Assembly: GCA_019056785.1 (NCBI GenBank)
Contig: DXJV01000019.1
Span: 1-64,000 of the forward strand
Source of the DNA: Candidatus Heimdallarchaeota archaeon
Lineage (GTDB): Archaea > Asgardarchaeota > Heimdallarchaeia > JABLTI01
Direction: 5' to 3'
DNA: 64,000 bases
The translations under genes and the position numbers were made by a program. How positions within the stretch are numbered: position 1 is the stretch's first letter; each line of letters opens with the position of its first letter. Under the pieces are notes generated by a model, which saw only the letters and a list, made by a program, of their open reading frames with translations, was not told where the DNA came from and ran no database searches. Below are positions 58,126-64,000 of the stretch, one piece after another.

Positions 58126-59496
58126 ATGGGTAAAATTACAGATCCAATTTATGAGCAAGTCGTGAAAAGAAATGCTCATGAGCCTGAATTTCATCAGGCA
58201 GTTAAGGAAGTGCTTGACTCAATCGAGCCAGCACTCGAACAACACCCAGAATTCGTAAAGGCAAAAATAGTCGAAAGACTAGTGGAACCAGAACGAGTGA
58301 TTCATTTCCGAGTCGCCTGGGTGGATGACAAAGGCGAAGTGCAAGTTAACCGCGGTTTCAGAATTCAATTCAATGGTGCGATTGGTCCTTACAAGGGTGG
58401 ACTGCGTTTCCATCCAACAGTTTACAGCGGTATTTTAAAATTCCTCGCCTTTGAACAAATTTTTAAGAATGCACTTACCGGCTTACCAATGGGTGGCGCA
58501 AAAGGTGGTTCCGATTTTGATCCTCATGGCAAATCAGATGGCGAAATTATGCGCTTCTGTCAAGCTTTCATGAATGAGCTCTATCGTCACATTGATGCTG
58601 ATTTAGATGTTCCTGCTGGAGACATTGGTGTTGGTGGCCGCGAAATTGGCTATCTCTTTGGTCAATATCGAAAAATCAAGAACATCTGGCATGGTGTCTT
58701 AACCGGCAAAGGATATGAATATGGTGGTTCTTTGGGCCGTCCTGAAGCCACCGGATTTGGCGCCGTTTGGTTCGCAGAAGAAATGCTCAAAGCTCGTGGT
58801 GATACGACCGGCTTCAAAGGCAAGACTGTTGCTATTTCTGGCGCGGGTAATGTCGCTCAACATGCTTCACAACTTGCCATGGAAATGGGTGCAAAAGTTG
58901 TCACTCTCTCTGACTCTACCGGATTCATTTACGATAAGAAAGGTTTAGACAAAGAGAAATGGAAATTCGTTATGCACTTAAAGAATGTCAAACGTGGCCG
59001 TATAAAAGAATATGCTGAGAAATTCAAAGGAGTAGAATATTACACCTACAACGAAGATAAGACTTTGAAGAGCCCATGGTACGTACCAGAAATTGACATT
59101 GCCATTCCGAGTGCAACCCAAAATGAAGTTGACTTTGATGAAGCTAAAGCCCTTGTTAAAAACGGCTGTATCGTTGTGAGCGAAGGAGCAAATATGCCCT
59201 GTGTTCCAAAGGCTGTTGATTACTTCATTGAGAAAGGTGTTTCCTTTGGCCCAGGCAAAGCTGCTAATGCTGGCGGTGTTGCCACATCTGGTTTGGAAAT
59301 GACCCAAAACAGTGAACGACGACAATGGAGCTTCGAAAAAGTCATTGACGAACTCCATAAAATAATGATCAACATCCACAACACTGCTTACAAGACCGCC
59401 GAGAAATACGGCTATCCAGGCAACTATGTTGTTGGTGCAAACATTGCCGGCTTCTTGAAAGTCGCAAAAGCAATGCTTGCCCAAGGTGTTCTTTAA
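58126..59496 (+). CDS. gdhA: NADP-specific glutamate dehydrogenase
   Basis: GPYKGGLRFHP, MGGAKGGSDFDP, DVPAGDIGVGGREIG, RPEATG, EGANMP, KAANAGGV. Confidence 0.97.
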   Translation: MGKITDPIYEQVVKRNAHEPEFHQAVKEVLDSIEPALEQHPEFVKAKIVERLVEPERVIHFRVAWVDDKGEVQVNRGFRIQFNGAIGPYKGGLRFHPTVYSGILKFLAFEQIFKNALTGLPMGGAKGGSDFDPHGKSDGEIMRFCQAFMNELYRHIDADLDVPAGDIGVGGREIGYLFGQYRKIKNIWHGVLTGKGYEYGGSLGRPEATGFGAVWFAEEMLKARGDTTGFKGKTVAISGAGNVAQHASQLAMEMGAKVVTLSDSTGFIYDKKGLDKEKWKFVMHLKNVKRGRIKEYAEKFKGVEYYTYNEDKTLKSPWYVPEIDIAIPSATQNEVDFDEAKALVKNGCIVVSEGANMPCVPKAVDYFIEKGVSFGPGKAANAGGVATSGLEMTQNSERRQWSFEKVIDELHKIMINIHNTAYKTAEKYGYPGNYVVGANIAGFLKVAKAMLAQGVL

Positions 59497-59697
59497 ACCA
59501 ACCTTCGAATAAAGAAAGGGTTTTTACAGCCTTTTCTCTTCATTTTTCTAGTGAATTTATTTTTTAAAAACAAGGTTGAAGTTACTTGGAATTGAGGGGA
59601 GATTTTTTTGTGATTATACACCCCAATGATAAACTTTTTAACCACCTTAAAAAACTTATCTCGCAACTTTTAAACTAACTCTCGAGGAACACACATC

Positions 59698-60555
59698 ATG
59701 TTTGAAATTGTACGGAAGGAATGGTTACACGAAGTCATCTTCCTTATCGAAGTAAAAGCCCCGGCAATCGCCCGAAAGATAAAGGCAGGCAATTTTTTAG
59801 TCTTTCGTGCAAAAGAAGGCGGAGAACGCATTCCCATAACCGTGGCAGAATATGATAGGAAGAAAGGAACGGTCACATGCATTATTCAGGTTGTTGGAAA
59901 GTCCACAAAACTTCTTTCAACCTTTGAAAAGGGGGACTATATCCAAGATGTAGTCGGCCCCTTGGGCAAGCCAACTGAGATTAAGAAATATGGCCTCGTT
60001 GGCATTGTCTCAGGAGGATTAGGGATTCCCCTCGCAAATTTGGTCGCAAAAGAACTGCGAAACGCAGGCAACGAAGTTATTGGAATGGTTGGAGCCCGAA
60101 CAAAGGAGCTTTTAGTTTGGGAAGAAGAGATGTCAAAATATTGTACAGAAATGGATTACTGCACAGACGATGGCTCATTTGGTATGAAAGGATTTACAAC
60201 AAACTTACTCGAGAAAAAGATCAAAGAACTCGAGAAAGAAGGGAAGAAATTCGACATGATCTTCACAGTTGGACCAACAATAATGATGAAATTCATCGCA
60301 GGAATAACCAAGAAATATGGCATACACACCATTGCAAGTTTAAATCCAATCATGGTTGATGGAACCGGCATGTGTGGCGCTTGCAGGGTCACAGTTGGCG
60401 GCGAAATTAAATTCGCTTGTGTTGACGGACCGGAATTTGATGCCCATCAAGTCGATTTTGACGAGCTTTTAATGCGCCTTGGCCAATACAAAAAGTATGA
60501 GAAGGTCTCATATGACCTTTACTTGAAAGAATGCTGTGGAGGAAAACAGAAATGA
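59698..60555 (+). CDS. nfnA: NfnA / SudB small subunit (FAD, 2Fe-2S)
   Basis: GERIPIT, GPLG, TDDGS, SLNPIMVDGTGMCGACRV..CVDGPEFD. Confidence 0.92.
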   Translation: MFEIVRKEWLHEVIFLIEVKAPAIARKIKAGNFLVFRAKEGGERIPITVAEYDRKKGTVTCIIQVVGKSTKLLSTFEKGDYIQDVVGPLGKPTEIKKYGLVGIVSGGLGIPLANLVAKELRNAGNEVIGMVGARTKELLVWEEEMSKYCTEMDYCTDDGSFGMKGFTTNLLEKKIKELEKEGKKFDMIFTVGPTIMMKFIAGITKKYGIHTIASLNPIMVDGTGMCGACRVTVGGEIKFACVDGPEFDAHQVDFDELLMRLGQYKKYEKVSYDLYLKECCGGKQK

Positions 60556-62000
60556 CTGAAGAGAAGAAAGAACGCAAACCCCAAAAGCGCTCGGATAAGA
60601 GCCCGAAAAAGACCCCAATGCGCGAACAACCCCCTGAGGAGCGCATCAAGAATTTCCTAGAGGTCCCATTTGGCTATACAGAGAAAGAAGCTTTACTTGA
60701 AGCGGAACGATGCTTACATTGTCGCCGACCCTTCTGTGTTGAAGGATGCCCTGTTGAGATTAACATTCCCGCTTTTATTTCAGCAATTCTTGATAAAGAT
60801 TATCGGCGTGGGATAAATATCATTAAAGAAACGAATGTACTTCCCGCAATTTGTGGGAGAGTATGCCCACAAGAGAATCAATGCGAAAAAGCATGCGTCA
60901 TGGGTCGTAAAGATGGTTGGGATCCTGTCGGTATTGGTCGTTTGGAACGGTTCTTAGCTGATTGGGAATATGCAAATGGCCGTGAGACACCTAAAATCGC
61001 TGAACCAACAGGGAAAAAGGTAGCAGTTATAGGTTCTGGTCCTGCTGGATTGGTTGCTGCTGCTGACCTTGCACGCTATGGTCATAAAGTCACTCTTTTT
61101 GAAAGCCTTCACAAAGGTGGTGGTGTACTTGTATATGGCATCCCTGAATTCCGGTTGCCAAAAAGCATCGTTGCAAAAGAACTCGAGACTCTAGAGCACA
61201 TGGGTGTCGAGATTAAATATGACACAGTTATAGGCTTAACCTACACAATCGACGAGCTCTTTGAGATGGGCTATGAAGCAATTTTCATTGGCACAGGAGC
61301 AGGCCTTCCAAGATACCTCGGCATTCCCGGGGAAAACTTAAAGGGCGTTTATTTTGCCAACGAATTTCTCACACGTGCAAACCTTATGGAAGCCTACAAG
61401 TTCCCAGAAAAAGCGGATACACCGATAAACGTTGGTAAAAAGGTCATCACTATTGGCGCTGGTAACGTTGCTATGGATTGTGCCCGCACGGCTCTTCGAT
61501 TAGGGGCAGAAAAATCCATGATCGTTTATAGACGGTCACTTGCAGAAGCGCCTGCACGAGAAGAAGAGATCCATCATGCGGAAGAAGAAGGAGTAGAATT
61601 CCATCTCTTGACCACACCCCTTGCCATCATGGGTGACAAGGATAACAATGTCATTGGTCTAGAATGCCAGGAATGTGAACTTGGTGAGCCCGATGAATCT
61701 GGTCGTTGCAGACCCATACCTATCGAAGATGCTTGCTTTGACCTCGAGTGTGACACATTAATTATTGCCATTGGCCAAAGACCAAACCCACTTGTTCCTC
61801 GAAATACTCCCAACCTTAAAACACACCGTTGGGGCGGCATTATTGTAAATGAAGAGACACTAGAGACATCTATCCCCGGCGTTTTTGCAGGCGGTGACAT
61901 CGTTAGCGGTGCAGCTACTGTCATTCTTGCAATGGGCGCTGGAAGAAAAGCAGCAAAATCGATGCATGAATACTTGATGAATAAAGACAAAAAGGCCTAA
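60552..62000 (+). CDS. nfnB: NfnB / SudA large subunit (GltD-like, 2x4Fe-4S, FAD)
   Basis: EAERCLHC..CVEGCPV, CGRVCPQENQCE, GSGPAGL, YGIPEFRLPK, GAGNVAMD, VYRR. ATGA overlap with nfnA. Confidence 0.92.
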   Translation: MTEEKKERKPQKRSDKSPKKTPMREQPPEERIKNFLEVPFGYTEKEALLEAERCLHCRRPFCVEGCPVEINIPAFISAILDKDYRRGINIIKETNVLPAICGRVCPQENQCEKACVMGRKDGWDPVGIGRLERFLADWEYANGRETPKIAEPTGKKVAVIGSGPAGLVAAADLARYGHKVTLFESLHKGGGVLVYGIPEFRLPKSIVAKELETLEHMGVEIKYDTVIGLTYTIDELFEMGYEAIFIGTGAGLPRYLGIPGENLKGVYFANEFLTRANLMEAYKFPEKADTPINVGKKVITIGAGNVAMDCARTALRLGAEKSMIVYRRSLAEAPAREEEIHHAEEEGVEFHLLTTPLAIMGDKDNNVIGLECQECELGEPDESGRCRPIPIEDACFDLECDTLIIAIGQRPNPLVPRNTPNLKTHRWGGIIVNEETLETSIPGVFAGGDIVSGAATVILAMGAGRKAAKSMHEYLMNKDKKA

Positions 62001-62160
62001 GTGTGATAATTGAGAATCGCACTCAATTACTCACTTCTCATTCTTTTTTTCCTCATAATAATTTCTTTACTTTTTTTAGAGAAAAAAGTATTATTCGCCC
62101 AATTAAATAAATAAAAAATGCTTTAAACAAAGATTCGAAGAGTCAATAGAGAAATGAACC

Positions 62161-63771
62161 ATGAACAACTTAATCGATACAGAATGCCTTATTATTAATC
62201 TTCTTTACCCTAACACTATTTTACTTGATTATTTACAAGACAAAGAACCTTTGCGAAGCTTCTTTCCTGGAAAAAATAAAGTCTTCCATCCAGTAACTTT
62301 TCGTGGTGATAGAGGTATCATTCAAGAGCTTTTAAGGACCTATAACGCAACGATTGAAGCCCCACAAGAGACTTTTGCTAATATTGAATTGATAACAGAA
62401 GAACATGTTAAATTTGTTATTACCGGACAACAACCAGGTTTTTTAACAGGCCCTCTTTATACGATTTACAAAACACTTTCAGCCATTAATTATGCCGAGA
62501 AATATTCCACAAAAGAACTCAAACTCATTCCTCTGTTTTGGAACGCTTCAGAAGATCATGATGTTGAAGAAGTCAACAATATCTGGATCTTGAATAAACA
62601 AAATGAAATTGTGCCTGTCGAATTAAAAGATAAAGAAATGCTGAATAAAAGTCTTGAACGGTTACCTCTAAATAAAAAATCCATTAGAAAGCTCATTGAA
62701 CACATGCTTTATTCTTTTCCAGAAACAGAATATACCAAAGACCTGTTTGATGAGTATATTAATGATGCTCTCATTAAATCTGAGAGATGGGGTGAGTTTT
62801 TCAGTCGACTTATGGTAAAACTAATGGGCAAATGGGGTTTAATTCTTTTGGAGCCAAAAATTCTGCGCCCTCATTTAACTGATTTTTTCATTGATATTAC
62901 CTCAAAAGTCCAGCATTATAATAAAATCTTCCAAAAAACAACTGATGAACTTACAAGAATGGGTTATCGCCCCAAAATGCACAAGAAAGAGAATATTGTA
63001 GGACTCTTTTATATTGATAAGGATCATTGCCGGGAGAACATTATTAAAACTGAAAAGGGGGACTTTCTTATCGGGGGGCATTGGCAGTTAACTCTTGAGG
63101 AATTAGTGGATCGCATTAAAGCTGAACCGCAGAATTTTAGCACAAATGCAATCTTCCGACCCCTTGCACAAGACTTAATGATACCAACATATATTTTCAT
63201 AGGCGGTCCGAGTGAAATTGGCTACCATATTCAATTAAAAGACCTTTATCATGAATTCTCTCTTCAACAACCGAACCTCATTTTTAGAATGGGGGCAACC
63301 ATCATTGAAAAGCACATCAACAAAATTTTAGAAAAATACTCTGTGAAAATCACAGACCTAAGCAATGTTGAAGAGCTAACCAATCGTCTTTTACGTTCAG
63401 AAAACAAAGAGTTTCTGGAGCCATATTTTACTATAATTAACGTGACACTCGAGAACTTGCAAACAAAACTCAATGAAATCAACAAAGAGCTTGCAGGGAG
63501 AGTCACTGGACGAAGTCAAATGATAAAGAAAACGCTGAAAGATATCGAAAAGATCTACATCAAATATGTTAAGGAAAATAACAAAATAATGATCAACCAA
63601 TTAGAAAAAGCACGCGCCTATCTCTTTCCATGTAATAAGCCACAAGAAAGAGTATTCAACATTTTCCAATATTTAAATAAATATTCACCAAATCTTTTAA
63701 TTTGTATTAAGAATCTCCTTGCTCAGACTGAACCATGTAATCATGTGGTGTTAAAATGTTGGATGTTTTAA
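62161..63771 (+). CDS. bshC: Bacillithiol biosynthesis cysteine-adding enzyme BshC
   Basis: VITGQQPGFLTGPLYTIYK, PLFWNASEDHD, FSTNAIFRPLAQD, YIFIGGPSEIGY, helical insertion, PQERVFN; 536 aa. Confidence 0.9.
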   Translation: MNNLIDTECLIINLLYPNTILLDYLQDKEPLRSFFPGKNKVFHPVTFRGDRGIIQELLRTYNATIEAPQETFANIELITEEHVKFVITGQQPGFLTGPLYTIYKTLSAINYAEKYSTKELKLIPLFWNASEDHDVEEVNNIWILNKQNEIVPVELKDKEMLNKSLERLPLNKKSIRKLIEHMLYSFPETEYTKDLFDEYINDALIKSERWGEFFSRLMVKLMGKWGLILLEPKILRPHLTDFFIDITSKVQHYNKIFQKTTDELTRMGYRPKMHKKENIVGLFYIDKDHCRENIIKTEKGDFLIGGHWQLTLEELVDRIKAEPQNFSTNAIFRPLAQDLMIPTYIFIGGPSEIGYHIQLKDLYHEFSLQQPNLIFRMGATIIEKHINKILEKYSVKITDLSNVEELTNRLLRSENKEFLEPYFTIINVTLENLQTKLNEINKELAGRVTGRSQMIKKTLKDIEKIYIKYVKENNKIMINQLEKARAYLFPCNKPQERVFNIFQYLNKYSPNLLICIKNLLAQTEPCNHVVLKCWMF

Positions 63772-64000
63772 TTTTCGCCCCCCACCCAGACGATGCCGAG
63801 CTTGCTGCTGGTGGAACAATTGTGAAATTAGTGAAGCAAGATTTCAAAGTAGGAATAATTGATTTAACGGCAGGAGAAATGGGGACATATGGAACAAAAG
63901 AACAGCGATTAAAGGAAGCACAAACAGCAAAAAAAGTGCTGGGGATTAACTTGCGAGAGAATTTAGCCCTCCCAGATGGGAGGTTGCCATTTCTTAAAGA
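63756..64000 (+). CDS. bshB1: GlcNAc-malate deacetylase BshB1 (PIG-L family), partial, runs off window
   Basis: Not in the ORF track. ATG 63756 after GGTG reads MLDVLIFAPHPDDAELAAGGTIVKLVKQDFKVGIIDLTAGEMGTYGTKEQRLKEA..RENLALPDG. Overlaps the bshC end by 16 nt. Confidence 0.85.
   Translation, partial: MLDVLIFAPHPDDAELAAGGTIVKLVKQDFKVGIIDLTAGEMGTYGTKEQRLKEAQTAKKVLGINLRENLALPDGRLPFLK

Noticed and set aside
60531-62000. Annotation as glutamate synthase small subunit working with gdhA
   Set aside because: No gltB is present, and the ATGA-coupled NfnA partner indicates NfnAB/Sud. The ATG at 60552 is the better start.

Overview
This is an archaeal chromosomal window, most consistent with an Asgard (Heimdallarchaeia-like) genome. 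Archaeal markers are PolD DP1, aRF1, SecY/Sec61alpha, uL11, DGGGP synthase, archease, TrmY, DTD2 and a BHB-intron tRNA. A eukaryote-like GTPBP1/2 GTPase and a membrane-anchored RING-type protein point to Asgard. The window holds about 44 CDS and 3 tRNAs (Ser-UGA, Thr-GGU, Leu-CAA with a 67-nt intron). Two CDS run off the window ends and are missing from the ORF track: a >1090-aa Asp-rich-repeat surface protein and bshB1. No CRISPR, rRNA, integrase or transposase was seen. Strongest signals: (1) an abrupt, strand-symmetric compositional switch inside the ClC channel gene at about 52,615, where 19 consecutive Ile codons are ATA and the next 19 are ATT, mirrored in the divergent neighbour and flanked by HAN nuclease and SSB genes; this is a candidate cryptic replication origin or other site-specific mutational footprint; (2) translationally coupled bacillithiol biosynthesis genes bshC-bshB1 downstream of an NADPH hub (Fno, NADP-GDH, NfnAB); (3) a 2TM + Zn-ribbon + RING E3-like protein; (4) two paralogous propeller + DxDxDG-repeat + TM + cytoplasmic-tail surface proteins; (5) a dmrX / DHPS-like / gcvH-PA-PB run linking methanopterin-type genes to glycine cleavage, alongside a canonical folP.
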